A DNA stretch of 64,000 nucleotides from Tubiluchus corallicola (lineage: Eukaryota; Animalia; Priapulida), in NCBI GenBank assembly GCA_030141605.1, contig JAQGDQ010000108.1, forward strand, positions 310,001 to 374,000, given 5' to 3'. Numbering within the stretch: position 1 is the stretch's first letter; every line of letters begins with the position of its first letter. The translations under genes and the position numbers were made by a program. This document shows, one piece after another, positions 13,084 through 27,000 of the stretch. The notes under the pieces are model-generated. The model did no database searches. It saw only the letters and a list, made by a program, of their open reading frames with translations, and had not been told where the DNA came from.

Positions 13084-13371
13084 ACTTACATGCTGTTTTA
13101 TTGCTTACGGGCTTGCGTTAACAGCAACCCTGCGTAAAACTTGTAAATTTAACCTCCCACAATGACTATTAGGAATGGCCATTTTAATAGTAAGTCATTT
13201 GTAACAATTTAACATTTATAAATAAATATTGTATAAAATTTGAAAAAATAATCAGAGAATTTGTGGCACACTCTTCGCTAACAAAAACAAAAGTTAATAT
13301 TACTTTATACTGTCAGTAAAGCGTTTTAAGGGGAAACGGTGGTACACATTGGGATGGCAGTGCAGTCCCAG

Positions 13372-13780
13372 AGTCCAATTTTATCACATGTCTACCTGGA
13401 GACATTTTAATAATTGCCCTATCTTAAAACTCAAAATTGAGCACAATGTGTCAAAAAGATTATTTTTCGGATATGCATATGATTACAGTGCTCGTAAGAT
13501 GAGTGTTGAAATTCGTGTGATGTATTTTGATGTATTACGTAGAAAATCTGTCTTAAGTTTAATGAAAAGATTTAATACTAGTGATAATTTAATGTGCCAG
13601 CTAAATTTACATCGCACATAAGACAGCAATGGTGGAGACTATTATTGTAATTTTCATGTTTATCTAAGTTTGTGTGTGATTTGTTTGTATTGGTTTTTTG
13701 TTTTTTTATGTTGTATGTTGTACATATGTAAATTATAATATGAACTTATGTTTGAAATAAAGAATTAAATCAAATCAAAC
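13372..13780 (+). mobile_element. 3' end of a non-LTR retrotransposon (ORF2 C-terminus plus tail), older copy; possibly RTE-X-like
   Basis: FYHMSTWRHF...LKLKIEHN...MYFDVLRRK is homologous to the 22182 ORF; ends gaaataaagaattaaatcaaatcaaa. Confidence 0.7.
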
Positions 13781-14406
13781 ATGGCGTAAATGTTTGAAAT
13801 GAAAATGAAATTTCTTTACCAATTAAATAAGTCTTTCAAAAAAGTAAGCATAATGCTGAGAATTCGACTTTGTATGGAAAGTTCTTTGCGGTTTCTTTAA
13901 AATTTCTTTCCTTCCCTGTAAGTAACTTGTAGATAATGAGTAAAAAATATTATAGTAAAAAAAGTATAGTCAACGTTATGTATACCAAAACATTTTGATA
14001 ATCATACTCAAATTGCAAACAATAGGCCTATCTCGCAATATAATAAAACTGTAAGTAGCCTATTTACATGGAAAGGAAAACTATGGGTTTTTGCACAGCT
14101 GTGCGAGGTATAAATGACGCAAAAGAAGATTGTTGCATGGGTTACTTATTATGCCTTTCAAGAGATAAACAATGTATGCATTGGCCTTCATATATTATGT
14201 ATGCTAAGAAGATCGTTTATTGATAGTCGTTGCAGTCTTAATGACATTTGTTCGATGGCAAACAATAAAATAATGAAGGAAGCTCTTGCGAAAGACAATA
14301 GAAACGTCTGAACAGGAACTTGCATTGAAGAGCTACCGCAAATGTCCTAGAGTGTAAATTCATTAATCGCTTCTTCTTGTACTGGATGGATCTAATTTCA
14401 CAAGAC

Positions 14407-14479
14407 ATGGCGGGTAATTACTTTAAGCCGCTACTCCCAGTTTTCATGACCTGGCTGTTTTTTGCTTGTGACGTTGAAG
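14407..14479 (+). CDS. Signal peptide exon (MAGNYFKPLLPVFMTWLFFACDVEG)
   Basis: gacATGG start context, hydrophobic core, strong AG|gtaagc phase-1 donor compatible with exon 16932. Confidence 0.8.
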
Positions 14480-17400
14480 GTAAGCATACAATTTTCTTTT
14501 TCGTTCCCCTTGTCGTGAATACTAGGAAAATGTATGGTAATAATTCATGAATGCATGTAATTGTTATCTAGTCTAGTCTAGTCAGGGCCTATTTCAGCCT
14601 AAGCGAGGCCCGGGGAAGTGGGGCGTGTGAGGCCTCCTCGGGGGGGGGGCGGTCGCCACCATGGTTGGCGCCCAGAAAATTTTTGAACTGCTAGAACGCC
14701 GGAGAAGCATTTTCGAAGAGAAAGTATGGAGTTATACAGTATGTTCGCATAAAGCAAGAAAAAAATAATGTTACCTCGGCGCGAGGCCCCCTGGAGGGTG
14801 AGGCCCCGGGCAAGTATCCCCACTCCCCCCCTGAAATAGGCCCTGAGTCTAGTTAAAGGCACAACATTCATGAGTATTTCAATACTGACATAATCATATG
14901 ATTTTATTCTAATATGTTTATTCGCAAGCTTAGGTTTAGGTTATTATTTTTTTAGAAAAAGATATTAATGGCGCCCTCTTGAATTCAAGATGACAGCTCA
15001 AAATCCATCTCTTCCAATCGATGAGAATTCTTTCTACTTTCATGACGATCAATTTCAAAATGGCAGAGCCATAGGCTTTTATTGAACACGATGTAATCGC
15101 TGCCATCTTGAACTCAAAACGGTAGATCAAAAAGCAAACTATGTCACTCGATGCAAAAGTTATTCTAAGTTTCACTACGATCCACTGTGGATTCACAAGC
15201 GTGCGTGGTCTTTTTTCAAAAATAATATTATCATTGCCATCTTGAATCCTTCAGTCGATGCGCAATTCGTTCTGGTATTTTCCTTTCATGACGATCCGTT
15301 GGGAACTGCCAGAGATTTAAGCCTTTTTAAAAATGATGTTATAGCTGCCATTTTGAATTAAAAATGGCGGATCGAATAGCCTACTACGTTAATCGATGTA
15401 GAATTCGTTTCAGTATATCCAACGGTGCTTTCAGACTAACGAGTTTACTCGCCAAGTTAGGTGACTATGTAACTCTTTAAGTATGTTTGATTAGTGTCAA
15501 AGAATTTGCAATTACTTGCCACAGTAACTCCCAAGGCAGTTCACACTTTCGAGTTTGCCGTAAGAGAGAAAACTCGCTAGTCTGACCGCGCTGTAAGTCA
15601 TATTGCTTCTGGAATACACAAGTATATACCAGATTGAATCAGCTGACGGTCCGCCATCTTGAATCTGAAGTATATTTCAGCAAAGTTCAGCATGACGATC
15701 CATCGCGAATTCATCGAACCATGGGTTTTTTTCGAAAATGATGTTATTGCCGCCACTTTAATTTAAAATGGTTGATTGAAAATCCGACACGCGAGGAAGA
15801 ATTTTCCTGGTAAAAATTATGTGATGCTTCATAGCGATCCATTACACATTCGTGGAGTTTTAAGCCTTTTTCAAAAGGTCATTCGCCCAACAAGAGTCGT
15901 AGAAGTAGTAGAAGAGTAGAGATTTGCGTCGAGTCCCTCGAAACAAAACCGAGTAATTAAAATTGAAATTAACATGTGCATCGCTAGCTATTTCAAACTT
16001 ATATAAACTCCACACAGTTTCGCATTCTAACAAGGTAACATGCAAGCACAGATATACTAATTATATATCTTTAAATTTAGACTTATTTAACCAGTAATAT
16101 TAACTATTAAACTTCTCTAATTTAAAAATAACATTAGTGATGACACATTACACCATCTTTAGGGTGTACGCCTAAACTGCCGCTTTTTAAAAATAGACAG
16201 ACAATCTACACTAAGGCTAACATAGACAACAGGAAAATATTAAATTGGGGGTGATTGTTCAGGGTGATCGCCAGACAAGATTCGTCTGCCACATCTTGAT
16301 GACGGACGATGTACATTCAGACTTGGCTAAAATGTCTCTATAGGTTCAGTATCTGATTTAGAGATTCGCTGATTTAAGTTGAAACTTGAAATTGAATTAA
16401 AAAATCCACGATTGGGACATAATAGCCCACGTTTGGCATCAGGAGCACAGATGGTCGAATTCTCATTGTATTGGTTGCAGCATACCTGGGTGTCTTTCAA
16501 TTTTTTATGTGTACAACTGAATTTATACAAGGTTAGCACGGCAATTTTTGCTAAATACAGAGGTAGCTTGCTAATAATTTTTGCTAAATATTTCAAAAAC
16601 AGCAATACTTAAACAGTTTTTTAATGATGAATAAAACCTTTTTTCCTCTTTTTCTTCTTTACAGTTTATCTAAGTTACCAACAATCTTGCACTTGTAAAA
16701 TGCCGCGATCTTTTTTTCTATTTAATTTACGAAGAGTAGGACGAAGAGTAGAATATAGGCGATGATCAGCGAAGTTATGATTGAATGTTCAATATGGTAT
16801 CTTTATTTGTTACCAATTGAAATTGATAAAACACACCGATTCTTACTTTCATATCTAGCAGCAGCAGCAGCTTTTGAAAATCAACCTTACAATATTTCGT
16901 AACAGTTACTAAATTTAGGCTTGCATTTTAGGTATTATGAATCCTACTGATAATTGTCCGGAAGACTACGAAAATATTACAATGACTACTAATAGCTGCT
17001 ACAAATTTCATCAAACTGAGATGAATCGTGTAGCAGCCCATCTCACTTGTGTTGACGAACATGCGACATTATTCAACGTCAAAACTATTGAGTTTTGGGG
17101 TGATGTTCAGGATTGGCTGGATTTGTAGTAAGTTCTTTGTTTATTTTTTAAACATTAATAACCTGTACAATCACTATAAGTCTATGCATACAAACTGTCT
17201 ACTTGTGTTTCTACCACATTATTTCTCTCTGCCAAAGTTCCAATGTCATTGTTACCAAATAAAGTGTTAAGCTTGTTAAACATATTATTTCTTGGTTTCA
17301 TGTAGATTGGAATTGTTGAATTATAATTTAGGAAAAATTTTCATATGTTGTTGGTTTGGGATTCTAATTTAATTATGAAATAACAATATGAAAGGCCTTG

Positions 17401-18558
17401 GTAAACAACGTTGGCGTTTTTGCTCTTAATATATTAAGCTTCTTAGCCAACAAAAGTTTGTTTCAACACTTTCTTCAGTAACCTAATTCCCAACACGGGC
17501 TTCTGTTCGAGTAGTTCCAAGTAGCTCAATACTCCATTTTACAACAACTTTTTCCAGATACTCACCAAATGTCTTACGAATTGCTTATGTTATAACCTCA
17601 ACAATCAGGTATGCTAGTCGTACACACAACACCGCCACAAACACCTCGTCAACACCCTTAAACCTCCCCCCCCCCCACACACGCACATCTTCTCGGCTCT
17701 TTTAACTTCTTTAGCTAAATCACTGTAATTATCAGTCTCGTTCTCGTCCCCTGTTACTATTCTGAGAAACCGAATTTTACTAACTGTCATGGTTTCCTTA
17801 TTTCACAACAGCAGCACTTGCACACCTGTGTCCTACGACATGATCTTGCTAAGTAATTAAAATCCCACAACGTTTACGGTGTTCACAGAGTCCCTTACGT
17901 TATGTTTGCCCCATTTTCTAAAACGCGTCAATGTGTATTTAAATGGCTACTAACGATTTACTTACAATTAAACAGCTCAATTTTAAATGATTTATTTTAA
18001 AACTTAAACCAGGCTGTTGTTGGCTGATGTTGTACAGTAGCTAATGCGGACAATGAGATTCAAGCTTTAGTAAAAATATTAAAGCAGTCTGGACATTGCT
18101 TTCTTTCCTTTATAAACAGTGCTACAGCTTATATGCTATTACCTTATTTTTAATACAGCCTGGAGCTTATTGTCCGAGATTATCGAGCGAGTGACATTAG
18201 CTCATTTTGCTACATTACTTATTATTTTCACATCAACATCTTAGTCAGGAACTCAATAGATTTTGCTTTTCTTTGCATTTTTATTTTCGCTCTTGTAAAT
18301 CTGCAGTAGCTTTATGCTAAATTAATTAACTATGTAGGTCTGTTCCTGTGAAGGATTTCAGGTTATTTTATTACTTCAGTGTTCTCTCATTCTGTAAACC
18401 CCCTATACTGTCCTTTTTAACTGCATTCATGTATGTATGTCTTGACTTCTTTCTGTCATGCTCTACTGACAGAGTTAGCTTACCTGGCTAGTTGGCTGTC
18501 TGTTCTTGGCTAAGAGAGTTGTTGCTGTTGTTGCTGTTGCTGCTGCTGCTGCTGCTGC

Positions 18559-18646
<88 letters not shown>

Positions 18647-20545
18647 GCTTTGTTTTGTCTCAGTTCAACCATTTATTTGTCAAGAGTAGTAGAGCCATGA
18701 TGTAAGTTTATTTTGATTATTCAGTCTCACTTTATTATTAATTTCTTTGTTTCTTTTTTGGCTCAAATTAGTTTGTTATATTTTGTTATGATTTTTCTTA
18801 CAGATAAAACGTAATAAAGCTATTCAAACATGAATTTTTTTGACTTTGGGCATCATGAAGTAGTAGTCTCTCACAGTTACAGTAGGTGAATGTTTTCATG
18901 AAGAAGAACTTATTAAGATCACATATTTAGATGTTATGAATCTCTAATAAATGCTCCACCAAACTTAACAGTTTAGATACTTAGAATGCGAGAGCTGTTT
19001 AACTTTTCATATGATACGAGCGCTAGATATATTTCTACTAGACTTAATCTTATTTATTTTGATGTGATTCACAGAAAATGTGCATACAGTTTACACGTCA
19101 GGCTGAATAAGAGTGAAAATTTTATATGCAAGAACATTTTAAACAGTGATGCAAACTTTACTTCTGTAATTAGGCATCATGAAATCATTTACTTCTTCTC
19201 TTAACAATTGTCAGTTCAGCATTGTTATTGTTATTTTGTTTTTAATGAATGTCACATTAACTGATTTTGCAGTAGTGTTAGCTACGTGTGGACTGGCCTC
19301 ATTTATAACGAAGCCAACAATAAGTGGAAATGGGAAGATAATCAACAATTATCAACTTGGCACAAATTCGACGGAGGGAGTATTCCAACAGAATCAGATG
19401 GTATGCACCTGCATGGAGTTAATTTTTCTTATTAACTTAGTACTGGCAAGTGTAACAGCCCAACTGCGGACAAATTTGGAACAGTTCGTTAATTAAAAGA
19501 TAACTAATTATTTATCCACGGCTCTAAATTGACTATAATGTGTAGCGGGAAAAATATTGTGTCATTTTAATTATGCCAAAGTGGAAGTTCAAAGTTCATC
19601 CCTTATAGCTGGCCATACGTGATGATGAGTTAATGTCGTGCTAATGTGCTCAGATTAATATCTTTTCAAAGATTTTATCAGATATTTACCAGAACAACTT
19701 CTAGTCATTGCGTTTCTAACCTTTGACTGCTTATAAACATTTAGATAGCCCAACCAATTTGGTTTATCATTTTAATATAGTGAGGTCAATTGAAAACGTC
19801 ACATCCGTTGCCATCAACTTACATTCATCACCGTCCTACCTAACGATCCGCCACTAAACTTATCTATTGATCAATATCAATTATACACGCACTTTCCGCA
19901 TAGTGCAGCCTAATTTACCATGAAATTCAATGTTTAGTGATTCAATGATCAAATTAGTACAAAAAAATCTTGAACTCACTTGCTACTTTCTTGTTCTCTG
20001 TTACAGGTAAACACAATGAGGATGGAGACTGTATCACAGCTGGTGTTTTTTCTAATATTCTTTATTATTGGAAACGTCAGTCTTGTATCGACAGTCATTA
20101 TATCATATGCGAGTATGACGCAATGGAACCTTTGCCTGACCCAGGTAAACGGTGAACCAGATGCTTTAGCGACCCATTGAATCTAACAATTAGTCCTAAA
20201 TATGCAAACTGTTATCATCTGTGTCGTGTCAATCCGTATTAAAACAAATGTATGTTATCATTTTTAGTTACAACATGTCCAGCAGGATGGACTAGCTATC
20301 CAAGTCCTGAGGCAGCCATTTCGTGTCTTCTTGAAGTGAATGCTAATGGCGATTTACAAGCTGCAGAAGCTGCTTGCTATGGCGCTGCACCTGGCTATAT
20401 TTCTCACCTGGTAAAAATTGACTCTCAAGCTAAACTACAAGCTGTTGTGAATATGATGGTGCAAAGCGAGTGAGTATTACTGTCCTGTAAATAAATCATT
20501 TCACTTTTGTCTCTGTAGACTGTAGCACACAACATCATCATAATA

Positions 20546-20601
<56 letters not shown>

Positions 20602-20630
20602 AATAATAATATTAATAATAATAGTAATAG

Positions 20631-20670
<40 letters not shown>

Positions 20671-20946
20671 GATAATGATAATGATAATGATAATGATAAT
20701 GATAATGATAATGATAATGATAATGATAATGATAATGATAATGATAATGATAATGATAATGATAATGATAATGATAATGATAATGATAATGATAATGATA
20801 ATGATAATGATGATGATGATGATGATGATGATGATATGATAATGATAATGATAATGATAATGATAATGATAATGATAATGATAATGATAATGATAATGAT
20901 AATGATAATGATAATGATAATGATAATGATAATGATAATGATAATG

Positions 20947-21020
<74 letters not shown>

Positions 21021-24000
21021 CTTTATTTAAAGTCGGCTTTTGGGTCAACAATTAACATTAGCTCAAAGAGCTATTATCGCCGACTGTAAATAACTACCTA
21101 CAACTACATAACAGAGACTATTATTACCCCACTTTTACCCTAAATAAATCAGACTTCTAGCGTCATAGCAAGGTACATGCAGGCTTCGGCTACGACAAGT
21201 TTTCTAATAAAGTTTCGTTATTTTGACATAGGGTTTGGGCTGGCATAGTGCAACCTGTTAATCACAGCGATTTCATGTTCCTATATGATTCAGAAGTTGT
21301 GTCAGATTTCAGCACTAACCCAATTTATATTGGTCTCAACCCAAATGGTGAGTTTATCATTTTACGAAGTTAATACTTACTAGGGGGCAATTTATATACA
21401 TAGTCATCATTGCTAGATGATAGGCAAGTTTTTCAAATTGACAACTTAAAAATAGCTGAATTTTTAAAACCAGTTGGTATATGCTGATATTTTCTAATTT
21501 CGTTTAGCAGGAATTGGTGGGCTTATAACACTTAAATATATTAATTTGAATTTTTTGGTAGAATACCTTCTTAAACCTCATATAAAACAGATCCCCAAGT
21601 TATTACCACAAACTGATAATTTCCATAAAATTGTCTTTACGTTACTATAAATACGGATTAGCAACAAGCACATACTGAGTGATCTACACAACTAATTGGA
21701 TTATTTATTTTGAAAAATTTTAAATCTGAAATCTTCGTGGTTTAAACAATATTAATCAGTAATTTGTAATTTTAATGCCAAGACTATCATTAATGATGGC
21801 ATAAACCACAATTAATTAAATTTTGATGCCAATCTCATAATGTGAAAAGTTTGAAACACAGGATTTGAAACCAGGCACCTTCGACTTGCAAGGCCAAGTT
21901 TATCCCCAAGAAAAATCCCTAGGAAACATGGTAGCCTAGTATCGCGTTGTCTATACTAGTAAGAGTACTAAGATAGTAATCTTATCTTTGTGGATGTCGA
22001 AGGTCCCTGGTTCATGTCCAGACCGTGTTCCAACTTTTCACATTTCTCGCTTTTCTAGTTTTGTACCGAAATTTAATTAATTTTAGGTTGACATTTACGT
22101 TATAAATAACTGATTTATTGTCCACAGAAATTTCAGGCAAAGAAATAATTAGCGCAAATAAATAGAACAAATAAATTACTCATGAAATTTACTCACTGTT
22201 CAGTTAACGTGAAGAGACAATTGTTTAATGCTTACTGCACTACTTTTTATTGTATGTCCACTTGGAGACATTTTTATTCTTACAATCTTAGCAAACTCAA
22301 GGTTGCATATAATGTATCAACACGGAAGCTGTTTAACTTTTCATATGATACGAGCGCTAGATATATTTCTACTAGACTTAATATTATTTATTTTGATGTT
22401 ATTCACAGAAAATGTGCATACAGTTTATACGTCAGGCTGAATAAGAGTGAAAATTTTATATGTAAGAACATTTTAAACAGTGATGCAAACTTTACTTCTG
22501 TAATTAGACGTCATTGGCGTAGGTTGTTATATCGTTAATTGTTATTTGTGTTATTGTTGTGTGTCATGATTTATTGTATTATTTGTATTAATTTGTGATG
22601 TGTATATGAACTTTGTGAAGTTTGAAATAAAATATTAAATCTAAATCTAAATCTAATTAAAAGAAAATCATCTAATTAGTTCAAATCACTCTAGCTTGAG
22701 AAATCTAACTTTGGAAATGTTGAAAAGGTTGACCAGCTGAAAATGATAAACTTTGCACTGCCACAATAACTAGGAAAACGTAGTGCTTTGGCGTCAACCT
22801 TGTAAGCCAAAGGTCCTTGGTTCAAATTTAGGCTGTGCTCTAAATTTCCTGTCTTTCGAGTTTGGTATTAAAATTCAATTAATTGTGTGTTAGTGCCATC
22901 AAAACCGGGTTTCGCATCAAAATATAATTAATTATGGGTTTGCGCTTATTATCAGAAATCACGAGCAAACTATTTAAATTCTAGGGCGCGTAAAGAGTTT
23001 TTTCTTATATTTAAGAAAGTTAGTTTACCTAATTATAATTAATTTGCTAACTTAACAGACTGTGTGTACATAAACAAAGCGGATAGTTCAAAACTTTATG
23101 GAATACCTGATTGTGAATATACACAGTTGGACGCCATTTGCGAAATGCGGCTGCCTCAGACTCGTAAGTACTATTTAATAAACAAAATCGCTACGCTTAC
23201 ACATGATATTCTTCTATTAGTTTTTACGTTATTTGTACTTTGTTTTTATTGACTAAATGAGATGACTTGTTACCAATAATGCTCAAAAATTCTGCAGGTT
23301 TTTGTTTTAAAAGGACAGAAGACATGAAATGCTGAATTACTTGTGTAAATCTAATTAATTACTTTTATTTATCACGAAAGAAAATAAACTATTTTCTAAT
23401 TGTGCAGCAAAATTATATAACATAAAATTATCATCATCATGTAAACATTGAATGATCAATTTAAACAACTACATACCAATAGGTTTATTTCTATAGTTGC
23501 CAAAAAAATTCCAGTTTTGTGCTGATATTTAAAAACACTTTTGCACTGCTTAGATCATAGCAACTGTGCAGGAACGTCATCAGAATATGATGGCAATGAT
23601 AAATGTCTAGTGAACGTCAATGAAAACGGTGACTACCAGGCTGCTCTAACCGAATGCAGAAATCAAGGAATGGAATTATACAGCATGTCTTCTATCCATT
23701 CTGCTTGGAGAATTTTCTCTCTTGGATGGTATGATTATATCTACATTCATTTGCGATAATTACAGTCAGTACTTAAAGCCAAATGCAACCAGACAGTTTT
23801 AAGACAAAAAACAAGATGTGTGGCACTTGAAAAAAGGCCAATGCTCACTGTTCTTTTTAGTGCGTGTAATAATGTTTAACCTGACAGAACTAGGGGTGAG
23901 CATCGAACGTTCGAGTTCGAACGTTCGAATCGAATTCGAACGCTCGAATTCGATTCGAACGAGTTTTTTAGTTCGAACTCGATTCGAATCCAAAACTATA

Positions 24001-27000
24001 GATTGGAATAATTCAGCACTTCAATCACACATATTCTTTATCACTAAAACGATTGAAACATCATGCAATTAGCATAATTTAGCCGTGATTTCTGCACACA
24101 ATTTTAAAGAAATTACTAGTCGTTTTATTGCAGAACAAAATCTAGTGATATGCATGATCTTTATAAAACTAATTTTTGCTGGTGGTTCGAAAACTTGTTC
24201 GAAAATCTTTCGATCTCAATTCGAATTCGGTTCGAATTCGAAACGCTGAAGTTCGGTTCGATTCGAATTCGAAAGTCACAAATTCGGTTCGATTCGAATT
24301 CGCTTTCTGGTAGAGAATGCTCACCCCTAGACAGAACTGTAAACAAATTACAGCGTGGAATAATTTCAATATAAATTGCAAAAGAGCTCTACCCCATTGA
24401 CACGATATAATGTGTCTATTTTAATTGGGCTAGGCGATAGGCCTATAGGCATCATAAACACAGTTAACTTACAAAATTAAATTCCATTACTTTTCTAAAT
24501 GTCTTTTGTAATTTATTCTAAAATTCACATTAAACTAATTGCGGTGGTTTGGTCGGCTTTTTTGGTTGGTTTATTTGCTTTTTTAGGAAACTCACATGTA
24601 TATTATTTTTCACTAATTTTAAAAATTTAGATTAGCTTTTTCAGTTTACAAATAATTTGTTCCCAAAAATGTGTTCCGTGTCTGAACCAAGAAGCTGTAT
24701 ATACATTATGTTTTAAGAACGCACAAAGCTTATAAAAAGTGTAAAATGTAGATAATAAATTAAAGACTTTATGTGACATTCTGTCACAATTTTGCTATAT
24801 ACGACTCTCATAGCAGAATATAACACACGAGATTCAAACATTCCTAACCAAAATTATTCACCAGTACATGTATAAGCCTCAAGAAAGTTTAGTCATTTAA
24901 ATGCCTCTTCTTAGTCCTCTACGTTACTACTTTTCAATGAATCAACTTAATTATTTCGGGCACTTCTAGGTATAATCCAAAGGACTTTTGGATTTCGGCT
25001 AGATTCAATGATCAGACGGGGCATTATGAATATCCAAATGGCAACAGCATAGGCTATTACAATCCTCAACAGAACCTCATTGTGTGGACAGGATTTACAC
25101 GATGGCTGAACGATGAACACTGGCCAACCATGTCAAGCAGTGGTAGTCTTTTTGAGGTGATTTTTATATTTTGCTGTCATTCATTCGACTCCCTTGGTTT
25201 TACTTTGCTTCTAATGGAATCAAAATGAAACAACAACAGCCAGTGCAGCAAATTATTTTTGAATTCAACTTTAATGAAACATACAGTTTTTCTTTGAAAA
25301 AAAATATGAGAAATAATTTAGTATATTTTAAAATACGAAATCCATAGTAATAGGTAACTAGCCAAAACCTGCAAAAATGTTGCCCATAAACCCACAATGA
25401 CAAACCATACCACTTCCACCACACCCACCACAGCACTCCACCAACATTACGCTCAACACATCACCCATAACACACCACACCCACCACACTACACCAATAC
25501 CACCCAAAACACATCACTCTACAACACAATACATCATCCTCACCACACGACACCATCCCACACCCACTACATCATACGGTGATGGGGTCTAGGGTTGCTA
25601 GATTAGAAAATTAGAAATACGGGACACTCCTAAAATATCTCTATATATTACTGTATTTATAACCTACACACCCAGACTATTATACCATATATAAAAGTGG
25701 AAAACTTAAAGCAGGGATTTTAATAGGTTATGAGAAAAACAAAAGTAAGCCCACAGTAGCTTTTGTTGAAGCAAAATTATACACAGAGTACAATAGAATG
25801 ACCCCAGAACAATGGCTTTGCGTCAGCAGTACTCCAAGCGAGAATCGCCCAAAAATGGAACCTCAACAAAAATGTAATCAACTCGTCGCAGCTCCTCTTG
25901 GTAGAGTGGTCCTAAAAGGTCGTCCTTTTTCAAAGAGCTATACATCTCGTTCTGAAAGCTCACCAGGTGCCACGAGAACTTTTTCCTGTGGTGTTTTCTG
26001 TCAAAAAAATGTTTTCTTTTCGAAAAAATCGGGTAGCTGGGTCCGGGAAAACGCCCTTGCGGGACGTCGTGAATTCTAAATACGCCTGCTACTCCCACCA
26101 TTGAACGGGCTATATGCAACCACTATCAGCACCATGCCTAGCTCATTCCCATTCTCTAGAAATAAGAAGTATAATTTTGCAAAAAAACTGCCTGAGTAAT
26201 CCACCACTTCGCCAGCTATCTTTTCGCCAGTCTACTTTTTCGGTAGTCTACCCTTTCGCCAATCTACCATTTCAATGTCGCGCGTTGGGTTTCGTTCGAA
26301 ATGCCAGAAAATGGCAATAAATAGGATGGCCGGTCGAAAATTTGACATTCAGAATCTGCTGTTTACGTTCTGCGATGTTTAGTTTCCGAGATACGCATCT
26401 TTTTTAAATAACTCAAAAACTAGACAGAGCTACTCCACCAAATTTGGTGTGCTTATAGCTAACATGGAGAGCCACTTTTTGCTATAATTTCATAATTTCA
26501 TGTCGTGATATTTTGAAAAAGTTCCTGAGTTAGTTATGATCCAAAAATCGTCAAAATTCATCTATTTTTGAGAAACAATTTCTCCTACAAGAAGCGCCAC
26601 CTAACAAAATGGTTATGAGTGGTGATTGTCCGATCAATTCCCTATCAGTAGTGCGCCACATAGCCGCCACCGCCAGAGGGCTGCCACACTACACCCATTT
26701 TTCTGGGTCCATGTCGGTACCATACTTATACTTATATATAGCTGATAGCAACATGGTTTCCTTCAAACGCTCCCGTAAGTCATGCAGAGACGGACCACAT
26801 GTCATTGGATTCGCAATAAAACGTTGAATAAGATGCGCTATGCTGAAAATTTTTCCTCTTTTTCGTTTAACCGAAATAACCAAAATTTGGCAAATTGCAT
26901 AAACGAGATCTTTCCTTTATTATATGAGACGACGGTGTCTATATGACCAAATTGGGAATCCATTTCTCTTGAAGAAAACCTTCCGGTATCACGTGGCTAA

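Noticed and set aside
14109-14120. TATA box plus TGACGC site as the lectin promoter
   Set aside because: Several ATGs lie between it and 14407 and such motifs are common in AT-rich DNA; unsupported without TSS data
18475-21051. Poly-L/V/T and poly-M/I/YH proteins
   Set aside because: Translations of tri- and hexanucleotide microsatellites in introns
21930-22030. tRNA gene
   Set aside because: Only a degenerate B-box-like arm is present, no cloverleaf; better explained as a SINE relic
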